Positions 1-10,074 of a stretch of 64,000 bases of DNA are shown here, piece by piece. The stretch lies in contig JBBCHL010000002.1 in NCBI GenBank assembly GCA_037200825.1, positions 381,757 through 445,756 on the forward strand, written 5' to 3'. This stretch comes from Edaphobacter sp. GTDB lineage: Bacteria; Acidobacteriota; Terriglobia; Terriglobales; Acidobacteriaceae. The notes under the pieces are model-generated. The model was not told where the DNA came from, did no database searches, and saw only the letters and a list, made by a program, of their open reading frames with translations. The translations under genes and the position numbers were made by a program. Positions within the stretch are counted from its first letter, which is position 1; every line of letters begins with the position of its first letter.

Positions 1-768
1 ACTGGGTGCTGAAGCCGCAGAACTCGAAGCTCTGGTATGAGACGGTGGGGGACTGGTGCGACCGGTGGACGAAGTCGAATCTTTATGCGGAGGGTGGAGT
101 GGAGGCTCCGGGTGAAGCCTGTGGCTGGTGCGCGGAGAGGCGCGGTGGATACGCGGATGGGGGTTTCGCGGCCTGAGGAGATGAATGAGGTTCAGCCTGC
201 TCGTCCGAGTGCGGCTCCGCTGTCTCCACTGCCTGCTCCGGTTGTTCCGCCTTCGCCGGTGACTCGTCCTCGTGGGGGCGATGCTGCGCCGGTAGTGGGG
301 ACTGGTACGACGGATGGAGGGCTGCCTCCGGTGGAGACGGATGCTGCGGCGGGGACGAGTGGCGCGGCGTTTCGGATTGAGCTTAGCGCGCGGAACAATG
401 AGGTTCAGGTGGGCGGGGATGCGGAGATGGTGGTGACGCTGAAGAATATGACGGAGAAGGAGTTGCTGTTTCCGCATCGGCCGGGGACGGGGAGCGCGGA
501 GTTTTCGTATGTCTTCTCGGTGCGGAATGCGGCGGGAAAGCCGGTCGGGGAGACGGCGTATGGACGCGAGGCGAGACAACGGCAGTCGACGGAGGCTCGG
601 ACGGTGGACTATGTGCAGCCGGGGCAGACTTCGGTGCAGACTACGGATCTGGCGAAGCTGGTGAATCTGAGTAAGCCGGGGGAGTATCGGGTGAGGGTTT
701 CGCGGCGGGATGCGGTGAGTAAGCTGGTGGTGGAGTCGAATGAGATTGTTTTGGATGTGGTGCCTTAA
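1..768 (+). CDS. S9 prolyl oligopeptidase family protein, C-terminal end (partial), probably extended by a Pro-rich linker and beta-rich domain across a +1 frameshift near 110
   Basis: Frame 3 from nt 3 reads WVLKPQNSKLWYETVGDWCDRWTK, typical of the S9 peptidase end that follows the catalytic His (EGHWVLKPQNS). That frame stops at 174-176; frame 1 continues with a Pro-rich linker and beta-rich domain to 768. Confidence 0.65.
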
Positions 769-771
769 AGA

Positions 772-806
772 CAGGGACCAGGGGGTAGGGACCAGGGATC
801 TGGGGG
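772..806 (+). repeat. Short heptamer tandem repeat (CAGGGAC-like, ~5 degenerate units)
   Basis: cagggac cagggGG tagggac cagggat ctggggg directly after the stop codon. Confidence 0.55.
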
Positions 807-807
807 C

Positions 808-886
808 TGCAAAGACAACTGCAAATGCGGGGATTCTTCCCATTCGGCTTCGCTCAGGGCAGGCTGCTACGCTCAGGATAATGATG
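808..886 (-). repeat. REP-like element, family A (…GAAGAATCCCCGCATTTGC), composite copy
   Basis: Reverse complement contains GAAGAATCCCCGCATTTGC and CCTGCCCTGAGCGAAGCCGAATGGG, matching copies at 44019-44055, 48803-48836 and 48925-48955. Confidence 0.75.
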
Positions 887-938
887 GTTTTGGGGTTTGA
901 GAGTGACGGCGGGTTGAGTTGTAAGAGGAGAGGTGGCT

Positions 939-1535
939 GTGGCGTTTGTTCGGGCTAAGAAGCGGGAGCCGGTGGGCGAGGCTGGGTTGTTTGAGTATGC
1001 GGTGGGGATGTTGGCTCGGCGGATGCGGACGGAGCGGGATCTGCGGCGGTTGATGCGGGGGCGCGCGGAGGAGGGTGAGGTTGGCGTGCGGGCTGTGGAT
1101 GCGGCGGTGGGGCGGCTGAAGGAGCTGGGGTATCTGAGCGATGAGCGGTTTGCGGAGGGGTATGCGCGGGTGCGGAAGGAGTCGGAGAAGCTGGGTAGGC
1201 GGCGGGTGCAGCAGGATTTGGTGATGAAGGGCGTGGGGAAGGGGTTGGTGGCGGCGACTGTGGAGGCGGCGTATGAGGGCGTGGATGAGGTGGCGCTGGC
1301 TCGGGAGTACATTGCGCGGAAGAGGATGAAGCAGCCTGGTGGGGAGAATGCGCAGAAGGAGACAGTGAGGGCGATGAACCGGCTGCTGCGGGCCGGGTTT
1401 TCTTCGTGGGCGGTTTATAAGGTGCTGCAGGAGTGGGATGTGCCGGAGGAGTTGATGGAAGTTGCGGGGGTGGATGAGATGGAAGAGGGTGCGGGGGATT
1501 CGGATGGGTATTCGCGGCAGAATGAGAAGGAATGA
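939..1535 (+). CDS. recX: Regulatory protein RecX
   Basis: YAVGMLARRMRTERDLRR, LKELGYLSDERFAEGY, GRRRVQQDLVMKGV, LLRAGFS motifs; GTG start (933 or 939) after a GGAGAGG SD. Confidence 0.9.
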   Translation: MAFVRAKKREPVGEAGLFEYAVGMLARRMRTERDLRRLMRGRAEEGEVGVRAVDAAVGRLKELGYLSDERFAEGYARVRKESEKLGRRRVQQDLVMKGVGKGLVAATVEAAYEGVDEVALAREYIARKRMKQPGGENAQKETVRAMNRLLRAGFSSWAVYKVLQEWDVPEELMEVAGVDEMEEGAGDSDGYSRQNEKE

Positions 1536-1536
1536 T

Positions 1537-1640
1537 TGTCCTGCCGGACGGGCCCACTGCGCGTGGGGCGGTCACTTCGTGACTTGTATACCGGTCGTGG
1601 CGACGATAAGGACTTGGTCCTCCCGTTGGTCGGCGGGAGG
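1537..1640. repeat. Palindromic intergenic element between convergent recX and hslR
   Basis: Hairpins GCCCAC-tgcgc-GTGGGGC and GTCAC-ttc-GTGAC; single copy in this window, REP-like in style. Confidence 0.45.
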
Positions 1641-1642
1641 AT

Positions 1643-2026
1643 TTAATAGTCGCCGCGGAAGCTGTGGATTAGGCGGCGGTCGCGTTTGTTGGGGCGTTTG
1701 GTTGGGGTTGTGTAGGCCATGGGGCCTAGAAGCTTGCGCTCCTCGGCGGCTTTGAGACGGGCTTCTTTGCTGGCTTCGGTTTCGCGGTAGAGGGTTTGGG
1801 CGATGGCGGCGGAGGCTCGCTGTTGGCTTAGGGCCAGGACTTCTACCGTGAACTCGCCACCTTCGTTTTTGATCTGGAGCGTGTCGCCTACGTGGACTTC
1901 CCGGGCGGGTTTCGCGGGTTGGCGGTTGGAGAGGACGCGCTGGAGGTCGCAGGCTTTGGAGGCCTGCTCGCGGGTTTTGAAGAAGCGGGCGGCCCAGAGC
2001 CACTTGTCGATGCGGGTGCCGGTCAT
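1643..2026 (-). CDS. hslR: RNA-binding S4 domain protein (Hsp15)
   Basis: RIDKWLWAARFFKTR…KPAREVHVGD…RPNKRDRR. Confidence 0.92.
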   Translation of the reverse strand: MTGTRIDKWLWAARFFKTREQASKACDLQRVLSNRQPAKPAREVHVGDTLQIKNEGGEFTVEVLALSQQRASAAIAQTLYRETEASKEARLKAAEERKLLGPMAYTTPTKRPNKRDRRLIHSFRGDY

Positions 2027-2070
2027 GGCTTAATTGTCGCCGATTTTCTGGGGGGACTGGTTTGGGGGGA

Positions 2071-2262
2071 CTAGATTGCTCTCAGCGCTCGGACGGGCAG
2101 GTAGAAGATAGCGGCGATGAGGGCGAAGGTGCCTCCGACTACGATGCCGACCAGGCGGAAGGGCAGGAGGACAAGCCAGATGAGTGGGTAGAGGATCAGG
2201 GCGGCCAGAGCTAGGGGCCAGCAGAAAAAAGCGAGGATGAGGAAGAGGAGGAAGTTGAGCAT
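2071..2262 (-). CDS. Small hydrophobic membrane protein (63 aa)
   Basis: Almost entirely hydrophobic ORF with C-ending codons matching the local bias; ECF-type promoter upstream. Confidence 0.75.
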   Translation of the reverse strand: MLNFLLFLILAFFCWPLALAALILYPLIWLVLLPFRLVGIVVGGTFALIAAIFYLPVRALRAI

Positions 2263-2284
2263 CGGTTTGTTCTCTCACTGGAGA

Positions 2285-2311
2285 TAACGCTGGTTGGAGG
2301 GGAAAAGTTCC
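2285..2311 (-). promoter_or_regulatory. Putative ECF sigma promoter GGAAC-N16-GCGTTA
   Basis: Minus strand GGAAC ttttcccctccaacca GCGTTA, 22 nt upstream of ATG 2262. Confidence 0.6.
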
Positions 2312-2330
2312 GTTGGGCGATGATAGAGGG

Positions 2331-3257
2331 ATGAAGGATTGTGGGTTGCAGCGGGTGGTGGGGGTGGACTGGTCTGGGGATCAGGGACCGGGGCAGCGAA
2401 GGAAGATCTGGGCTGGGGTTTGGACGGCTTCTACCGGTTCTTCTTCGAACGACGGGGTGGTGACTTTGGAGTCGGGTCGGTCGCGGGTGGAGTTGGTGGA
2501 GTGGCTGGTGGAGCTGGCGAGGGAGACTCCGCGGATGGTGGTGGGGTTCGATTTTTCGTTCAGCTATCCGGCATGGTTTTTGCGGGAGTTGGGGGTGGGG
2601 TCAGCTCCGGAGTTCTGGCGGCTGGTGGCGGATGGGCAGGGGGAGACGTGGCTGCATAAGGATTGCGAGGATGGGCGGTTTTGGGGACGGGCGGGGTCGC
2701 GGCGGCATGGGAAGAAGCCGGCGGAGTTTTGTGGAGAGCATGCTCACCGGATGCTGCGGCGGGCGGAGACGTTGCTGAAGGTGAAGGCGGAGATTACGGA
2801 TCCGCTGGCGGCGGCGCGGGTGGCGGGGATTGCTCCGAAGTCGGCGTTTCAGATTGGCGGGGCAGGGGCGGTGGGGACTGCTTCGCTGCGAGGGATGGCG
2901 GGGTTGCTGCGGTTGAGGGAGGCTGGGTTTCGCGTTTGGCCGTTCGATGCGCCGGCGCTGGGTCGGGCTCCGATGGTGGTGGAGATTTATACGCGGCTGA
3001 TGACGGGGGCGGTGACTAAGAGCTCGGAGAGTGCGCGGACGGAGTATCTGGCGAAGAAGCGGCGGGAGAGTGGGTTGTATGCGGGGTTGTCGCGTGGGGT
3101 GTTGGCTAAGGCTCGGGGGAGTGAGGATGCTTTCGATGCTTTGGTGACGGCTCTGGTGATGACGGAACATCGCGGGGAGTTTGCGAAGCTGCGGCAGACG
3201 GAGGATGAGGTGTTTCGGATGGAGGGGCGGACCTGGGTGCCGGGGTTGGATATTTGA
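2331..3257 (+). CDS. DUF429-like protein, predicted RNase H-like nuclease fold
   Basis: GVDWSG, VGFDFSFSYP, VVEIYT and EDAFDAL acidic motifs. Confidence 0.6.
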   Translation: MKDCGLQRVVGVDWSGDQGPGQRRKIWAGVWTASTGSSSNDGVVTLESGRSRVELVEWLVELARETPRMVVGFDFSFSYPAWFLRELGVGSAPEFWRLVADGQGETWLHKDCEDGRFWGRAGSRRHGKKPAEFCGEHAHRMLRRAETLLKVKAEITDPLAAARVAGIAPKSAFQIGGAGAVGTASLRGMAGLLRLREAGFRVWPFDAPALGRAPMVVEIYTRLMTGAVTKSSESARTEYLAKKRRESGLYAGLSRGVLAKARGSEDAFDALVTALVMTEHRGEFAKLRQTEDEVFRMEGRTWVPGLDI

Positions 3258-3631
3258 TGTCTGGTTGGGCGGCGGAATTTACTGCTTTTCCGTATCGATG
3301 GTGACGGGTTTGTCATCTGATGGGCTACGCGGACGATCACACTGGAAGAACACTTTTTGACCGAGTTACCGGCCCCTCGCGCTAGCCTCAACCAATAACC
3401 ACCCACCAGCCAAGTAGGCCTTAAGGACAATAATGCTTCCAGACTGGATCTCCTAATACAACTGGCAACCTCTTGACACACCACATGAATAGCTTCTGGG
3501 GGTGATGCAACAAGTTGGGTTGGGCTTCGTCTATAGAATCACCGCTGCCGAAGGCCGGGGCGGGGCGACGGTAAAATCTGATAGTCTCGCGCCTATAACA
3601 GCACAGCCGGGTTCGCCCTGGGGGTTCGCCG

Positions 3632-4417
3632 ATGAAGCTTCTGCACGCAGCGATGTTCTCCGTGATTGCAGCGGTGTTCTGCGTGAGTGTGTCTGCGTAT
3701 CAGCGGACGGCGGACTGGGGATATCAGCCGGAGCAAAGCAATGTAAAGGCTGAGTTTGCGTGGTCGCGGCTGGCTTACAACTCGAATCTGGGGTATTCGG
3801 GATATGGGTATGGGCGGTGGGCGACGTGGTCGCGGGATTATCCGAAGGCTGACCGGCAGTTTCTGATTGCGCTGAACAGGCTGACGCGGATTCAGGGGCG
3901 GCCGACGGAGCAGGTGGTGAATCTGGATTCGGATGACATCTTCAACTATCCATGGGTGTATGCGGTACAGGTGCAGACCTGGGCGTTTACGGATGAAGAG
4001 GCGAAGCGGCTGCGGGAGTATCTGCTGAAGGGCGGATTTTTGATGGTGGACGACTTCCATGGGACGGCAGACTGGGAGAACTTCATGAACGGCATGCGGC
4101 AGGTGTTTCCGAACCGGCCGGTGGAGGACCTGCAGAACAGCGATGAGATCTTTCATGTGCTGTATGACATGGACGATCGGTTTCAGGTGCCGGGCGAGCA
4201 GTGGATTCGGACGCACAGGACGTACGAGAAGGATGGTTATGTGGCGAAGTGGCGCGCGATCCGCGACGACCATGGACGAATCGTGGTAGCGATATGCCAC
4301 AACATGCACCTGGGCGATGCGTGGGAGTGGGCGGACGATCCGGAGTACCCGGAACAGTTTGCTTCGATGGCGTTTCGCGTTGGGCTGAACTATATCGTGT
4401 ACGGCATGACGCATTGA
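3632..4417 (+). CDS. DUF4159 domain protein (signal peptide)
   Basis: WSRDYPKAD, LREYLLKGGFLMVDDFHG, NMHLGDAWEW, GLNYIVYGMTH. Confidence 0.88.
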   Translation: MKLLHAAMFSVIAAVFCVSVSAYQRTADWGYQPEQSNVKAEFAWSRLAYNSNLGYSGYGYGRWATWSRDYPKADRQFLIALNRLTRIQGRPTEQVVNLDSDDIFNYPWVYAVQVQTWAFTDEEAKRLREYLLKGGFLMVDDFHGTADWENFMNGMRQVFPNRPVEDLQNSDEIFHVLYDMDDRFQVPGEQWIRTHRTYEKDGYVAKWRAIRDDHGRIVVAICHNMHLGDAWEWADDPEYPEQFASMAFRVGLNYIVYGMTH

Positions 4418-4452
4418 GTGCCTGAGGGGATGGAGTGCAACGGACCGAAGAG

Positions 4453-4527
4453 CAGACCCCAGGGGCTAAAGCCCCACCCTGCGAAGGCATGACGAGTGCC
4501 AAGGCTAAAGCCTTGGCTTACCTAGGT
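4453..4527 (+). repeat. REP-like element, family B (GGGGCTAAAGCCCC / CCAAGGCTAAAGCCTTGG hairpin pair)
   Basis: Two hairpins; inverted copy at 49167-49243. Confidence 0.8.
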
Positions 4528-4620
4528 GCATACGCGGAGATGCAGACGGAAGCATACGCGGAGATGCAGGCCGAAGCAGACACGGAGATGCAGACGGAAG
4601 CAGGGAGGGAGATGCGGGCC
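4528..4620 (+). repeat. 24-bp tandem repeat, ~3.9 copies (GCATACGCGGAGATGCAGACGGAA)
   Basis: Units at 4528, 4552, 4576 and 4600, with no spacers. Confidence 0.85.
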
Positions 4621-4627
4621 CCCAGGC

Positions 4628-6893
4628 ATGTTTGAATTTTTCTTCAAGTATCCGTGGCCGGTGTTCACCAAGGGGAAGTTGGTGCTGCTGGGCTCGTGGC
4701 CGGTGTGGGTGCTGTTGTTGCTGATTGTGATTTGCGTTGCGGGGTTGGGGTGGTTGATTCGGAGCAGGCTGGCTGCTCCGAAGATGCAGAGGTGGCGTGC
4801 CGGTGTGGTTTGGCTGCTGCAGTCGCTGCTGGTAACGCTGGTGCTGGTGCTGCTGTGGCAGCCGGCGATGACGGTGGCGGAGCTGAAGTCGCAGCAGAAC
4901 ATGATTGCCGTGCTGGTGGACGACTCGCGGAGCATGGCGATTGCCGATAGCGGAAGCGATGGGAAGACGGCGCGAGAGGCTGCGGCGGTTCAGGCGCTGA
5001 ATACGGGGATTCTGTCGGGATTGCAGAAGAGATTTCAGACGCGAGTGTACCGGCTGGATGGAGGAATTGCCCGGGTTGGGAGTGTGGACGGGATGCAGGC
5101 GACGGCTTCGGCGACGCACATCAACGACGGACTGAAGCAGTTTGCTGCGGAGACCGCGGACCTGCCTGTAGGCGCGGTGGTGCTGTTGAGCGACGGCAGC
5201 GACAACACGGGTGGGATTGATGTGGAGACGATTGGGGCGCTGCGGAATCGGCGGCTGCCGGTGCATACGGTGGGGTTCGGCAAGGAACAGGTTTCTCGTG
5301 ATGTGGAGATCGATGATGTGAGCGTTGCGTCGCGGGCGATGGCGGATTCGCGGATGAAGGCGACGGTGAGTTTTGCGCAGAGAGGTTATGCCGGAGGGAA
5401 GACGACGCTGGTGGTGAAGGATGGAGATAAGGCGCTGACATCGAAGGATGTGACGCTGGGTTCAGATGGAGTGATGCAGACGGAGACGGTGTTCTTCAAC
5501 GCGGGGGATGCGGGAGTGAAGCATGTGCAGTTTTCGTTGCAGCCGATGGCGGGGGAGGAGAGTGCGGCGAATAACGCTACGGCTCGGCTGGTGAGTGTGA
5601 GTGGGGCGAAGCGGCGGATTCTGTATGTGGAGGGGGAGCCGCGGTGGGAGTACAAGTTTATCCGGCGTGCGGCGGAGGATGACCACGGGATGCAGGTGGT
5701 GTCGATGCTGCGGACGACGGAGAACAAGATTTACCGGCAGGGGATCAGCGATCCGAGCGAGCTGGCGGATGGGTTTCCGGTGAAGGCGGCGGATTTGTTC
5801 AAGTATGACGGGATCATTATCGGGTCGGTAGAGGCGGGGTACTTTACGCCGAGGCAGCAGGAGCTGCTGCGGGAGTTTGTGGATAGGCGTGGCGGTGGGT
5901 TGCTGTTTCTGGGCGGACGGTTTGCGCTGGCCGATGGTGGATGGGGCGCTTCGGGCGACTCCGAGTTGATTCCGACGTTTTTGCCGAGTGGGAAGAATAC
6001 GTTTCATCGCGATCCGGCGACGGCGCAACTTACTCCTGCGGGGACGGAGAGCGCGGTGACGCGGTTGGTGGATGATCCGGCGAAGAATGTGGAGCGATGG
6101 AAGAAGCTGCCTTACATGATGGATTATCAGGAGGCGGGAAGTCCGAAGCCGGGCGCGACGGTGTTGGCGGAGATGAACGTGGGGCGTGGCAGACTGCCGC
6201 TGCTGGTGACGCAGAACTATGGGCGCGGACGAACGGCGGTGATGGCGACTTCGGGGACGTGGCGGTGGCAGATGAGCCAGGCGCTGGGCGATCCGACGCA
6301 TGACATGTTCTGGCAGCAGCTTTTGCGGTGGGTGGCGGCGGATTCTCCGGGGCCGGTGCAGGCTTCGATGCCGGTGGGGCGGCTGATGGATGATGGGCAT
6401 GTGCAGTTGACGGCGATGGTGAGGGATAAGGAGTACTCGGTGGCTCCGGATGCGAAGGTGGCGGCGCATGTGATTGGACCAGAGGGGGCGTCGGCACTGG
6501 TGGATATGCGGCCGGTGCCGAATGATCCGGGATCGTTTCAGGCAGAGTGGACGGCGGAGAAACCTGGATCGTATGTCGTGGAGGTGACGGCTTCGCGTGG
6601 GCCGGAGGAGTTGGGGCGGGATGTGCTGACCTTCGAGCGGACGGATGGCGTTGCGGAGAATTTTCATACTACGCAGAATCGCGAGTTGCTGGAGAAGCTG
6701 TCGTCGCAGACGGGTGGGCGATATTGGAAAGCGGATGAGCTGGCGCGGTTGCCGAAGGAGATTTCTTATTCCGAGGCGGGGATCTCGGTGCGCGATACGA
6801 AAGAGCTTTGGGATATGCCGATTGTGTTTCTGCTGCTGCTTGGCTTGATGGCGGGGGGAATGGCTGCTGCGACGTAAGTGGGGTGTAATTTGA
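4628..6893 (+). CDS. Membrane protein with vWA (MIDAS) and GATase1-like domains; +1 G in a homopolymer near 6855
   Basis: N-terminal TM helices, VDDSRSM, LLSDG, ILYVEGEPRWEYKF, GGGLLFLGG, GRGRTAV. Removing one G gives the typical ending EWLLRRKWGVI* (TGA 6891-6893), overlapping the next start. Confidence 0.85.
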
Positions 6894-7819
6894 AAAGCCG
6901 GTGGTTCGTTGTCGGTTGCTGGTTGTTGGTTGCGCCTTTGCGGGCGAGTGTGTACTACGTTACGGTGGCTGGGCTTGGCGGCGAGCCGGATTATGAGCAG
7001 CGATTTACTGCGAATGCGAAGGAGCTGGATAAGGTGTTCAGGGCTTCGAGCGGCGCGCATGTGTATACGCTGATGGGGAGCCAGGCTACGCGGGCGAAGT
7101 TGTCGGAGACGATGGCCGCGATTGCTCGCGAGGCGAAGGCGGAGGACGATCTGGTGGTGACGCTGATCGGGCATGGGTCGTTTGATGGGGAGGAGTACAA
7201 GTTCAACCTGGTGGGGCCGGATGTTTCGGGTGCGGATTTGGCGGCGATGTGCGATAAGGTGCCGGCGCGGCGTCAGCTTGTGGTGAATACGACGAGCGCG
7301 AGTGGCGGTTCGATTGCCGCTTTGGAGCGGCCCGGGCGCGGAGTGATTGCGGCGACGAAGACGGGCACGGAGAAGAATGCAACGGTGTTTGCACGCTATT
7401 GGGTGGAAGCGCTGGAAGACCCGACGACGGATGTGGATAAGAGCGAGTCCATCAGTGCGATGGAGGCGTTTCAGTATGCCGAGCGGAAGACTGCTGCGTT
7501 TTATGAGTCGCAGAAGCGGCTGGCTACCGAACATGCGGTGTTTGAGGATACGGGGCATGGCGAGGCTGTGCGGGTGAGTGCTGCTCAGGGGCGAGAGGGC
7601 GCGTTGTTGTCGAGCATTACGGTACTGCGCATTGGAGCGAGTCAGGCAGCGATGAACGATCCGGCGAAGAGGGAGTTGCTGGCTAAGAAAGAGGAGCTGG
7701 AACAAAAGATCGATGCGCTGAAGTATCAGAAGGCGGCGATGGATCCGGCGGATTACAAGAAGCAGTTGGCGGATGCGCTGTTACAGCTGGCGACGGTGCA
7801 GGGGGAGTTGGAGAAATAA
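6890..7819 (+). CDS. Secreted caspase/legumain-like fold protein with C-terminal coiled coil
   Basis: Signal peptide, LIGHGS, VVNTTSASG, VIAAT, FARYWVEAL; TTG start overlaps the corrected upstream TGA. Confidence 0.65.
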   Translation: MKSRWFVVGCWLLVAPLRASVYYVTVAGLGGEPDYEQRFTANAKELDKVFRASSGAHVYTLMGSQATRAKLSETMAAIAREAKAEDDLVVTLIGHGSFDGEEYKFNLVGPDVSGADLAAMCDKVPARRQLVVNTTSASGGSIAALERPGRGVIAATKTGTEKNATVFARYWVEALEDPTTDVDKSESISAMEAFQYAERKTAAFYESQKRLATEHAVFEDTGHGEAVRVSAAQGREGALLSSITVLRIGASQAAMNDPAKRELLAKKEELEQKIDALKYQKAAMDPADYKKQLADALLQLATVQGELEK

Positions 7820-7824
7820 GGCTC

Positions 7825-10060
7825 TTGCGTCAGTGCGCGGCGATAGGGCTGGTTGCGGCCAGTACGTGCTTGTGCTGGGCTGGGCCGTTGGCTACTCGGG
7901 AGCGTTGCGCTGAGTTGAAGAAGCATGGGCAGAAGACTGAGGCGACGGAGTGTTTTGAGTCGTTGAGCCGTGCGGCTGACCCTTATGTGCGGGCGGAGGG
8001 ATTCTGGGGGCTTGAGCAATACGATCAGGCGAACGAGGCATTTCGCGTAGCGGTTGCGCGGCCGGGGAGCAAGGCGATCTACCGGGTTCGATGGGGAATG
8101 TTGTTGCATGAGCGCTTCAATAATAAGGAGGCGGAAGACCTGTTCCACGAGGCGTTGCAGCAGGACCCGGCGAACGCGCAGGCTTATCTGGGATTGGCGA
8201 CGGTGAGTGCGGACGGATTCGACAGCAAGGCTGCAGAGTATACGGCGAAGGCGTTGGAGCTCGATCCGAAGCTGGTGGAGGCGCATGAGCTGATGGCGAA
8301 TCTTGCGCTTGAGAATGCCGATCCGAAGGAGGCTGTGGCTGAGGCCGACAAGGCACTTGCGATTTCGAATGAAGCGCTGGAGGCGATGGCGGTGCACGCT
8401 GCCGTGGATGTGCTGTCGGATCACTCTCCGGATACTTGGTTTGCGAAGATTCGCGCTGTGAATCCTTCGTATGGAGAGGGATATGCGTTGGTCGGTTATC
8501 ACCTGGTGCTGAACCGGCGGTATGAGGATGGAGTTGCGTATTATCGCAAGGCGGTTGAGGCCAATCCGAGGTTGTGGGCGGCGCGGTCGCAGTTGGGGAT
8601 CAACCTGATGCGGCTGGGCCAGGTGGACGAACCGCTGAAGCAGTTGGAGATGAGCTACGAGAACGGCCAACGTGATGCCGCAACAGTGAACAGCTTGCGA
8701 TTGCTCGATAGCTATAAGAACTTCGTTACGTTCACGGACGATACGACGATCTTGAAACTGCGGAAGAACGAGGCGGAGCTTCTGCGGCCTTACTTTCAAG
8801 CAGAGTTGCACAAGATCATGGCGACTTATGACAGGAAGTACAAGATGAAGCTGCCGGGGCCGGTGCAGGTGGAGGTGTATCCCGATCACGAGGACTTCGC
8901 TGTGCGGACGATGGGGATGCCGGGGCTGGGCGCGCTGGGAGTGACGTTCGGCGAGGTCGTGGCGATGGATAGTCCTTCGGGCAGAAGACCGGGCGACTTC
9001 AACTGGGGAGCTACGCTGTGGCATGAGATGAGCCACGTGTACATTCTTTCGGCGACAAACCATCGTGTGCCCCGGTGGTTTACGGAGGGGCTGGCTGTGC
9101 ATGAGGAAGGCGAGGCTTCGCCAGAGTGGAGTGACCGGCTGACACCTGAGATTCTGGTTGCGATCCGCGAGAAGAAGCTGTTGCCGGTGGCGGAGATGGA
9201 TCGAGGCTTCATCTTTCCGGAGTATCCGGCGCAGGTTCTGGTCTCGTATTTTCAGGCGGGGTAGCATCTGCGACTACATCAAGCAACGATGGGGCGACGA
9301 CAAGCTGCTTGAAATGGTGCATTCGTTCGCCGCGTTGAAGACGACTCCCGAGGTGATTCAGACGAATTTGCAGATGTCGCCTGAGGAGTTTGATAAGGCC
9401 TATCTGGAGTGGCTGGATAAACGCGTGGGGCAGACGGCTGCGAACTTTGATGCATGGACTAAAGGACTGAAGACGCTGGCCGCGTTCTCGAAGGAGAACG
9501 ACAACGATGCTGTGGTGAAAGCCGGACCGGAGGTTTTGCGGCTTTATCCAGAGTACGTGGGAGATGCGAATGCTTATGAGTTTCTGGCGGCTGCTCAGTT
9601 GGCAAAGGGGGATAAGAAAGGGGCAACCGCTACGCTGACCGCTTACGAGAAGATGGGCGGCGAGAGTCCGGAGACGCTGACGAAGCTGGCTTCGCTCGAA
9701 GAAGAACTGGAAGACACGAAGGCTGCGGCGGCGACGCTGGACCGCATCAACTATATCTATCCGGAGACGGAGGGGCTGCATCGTCATCTTGGGGAGTTGT
9801 GGCTGGCACAGGGAAACTATGCGGGCGCGGTGCGGGAGTATTCGGCTGTGCTTGCGCTGAACCCGCTGGATAAGGCTTCGGCTGAGTTCGATCTGGCGCA
9901 GGCTTATTTTGCGGCGGGACAGAAGGACAAGGCCGAAGAGAGTGTGCTGCTGGCGCTGGAGACGGCTCCGGGATTTCGTCCGGCGCAGAAGTTGCTGTTG
10001 CAGATTAAATCGGAAGAGAGCAAAGGGACGGCTGCAAACAAGTCTGACAAACCAAATTAA
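7825..10060 (+). CDS. TPR-repeat protein with MA-clan zinc peptidase domain; +1 G frameshift near 9258
   Basis: Multiple TPRs, HEMSH (HExxH) plus PRWFTEGLAVHEE. ORFs 7825-9264 and 9158-10060 join as YFQAGSICDYI. Confidence 0.85.
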
Positions 10061-10074
10061 GGGGAAGCCAATCG

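Noticed and set aside
3258-3630. Lower-GC intergenic stretch with TTGACA as a possible ncRNA or foreign remnant
   Set aside because: No convincing ORF, terminal repeat or stable structure; probably the promoter region of the MoxR operon
4528-4620. Possible CRISPR array
   Set aside because: 24-bp units are directly adjacent with no unique spacers, and there are no cas genes in the window
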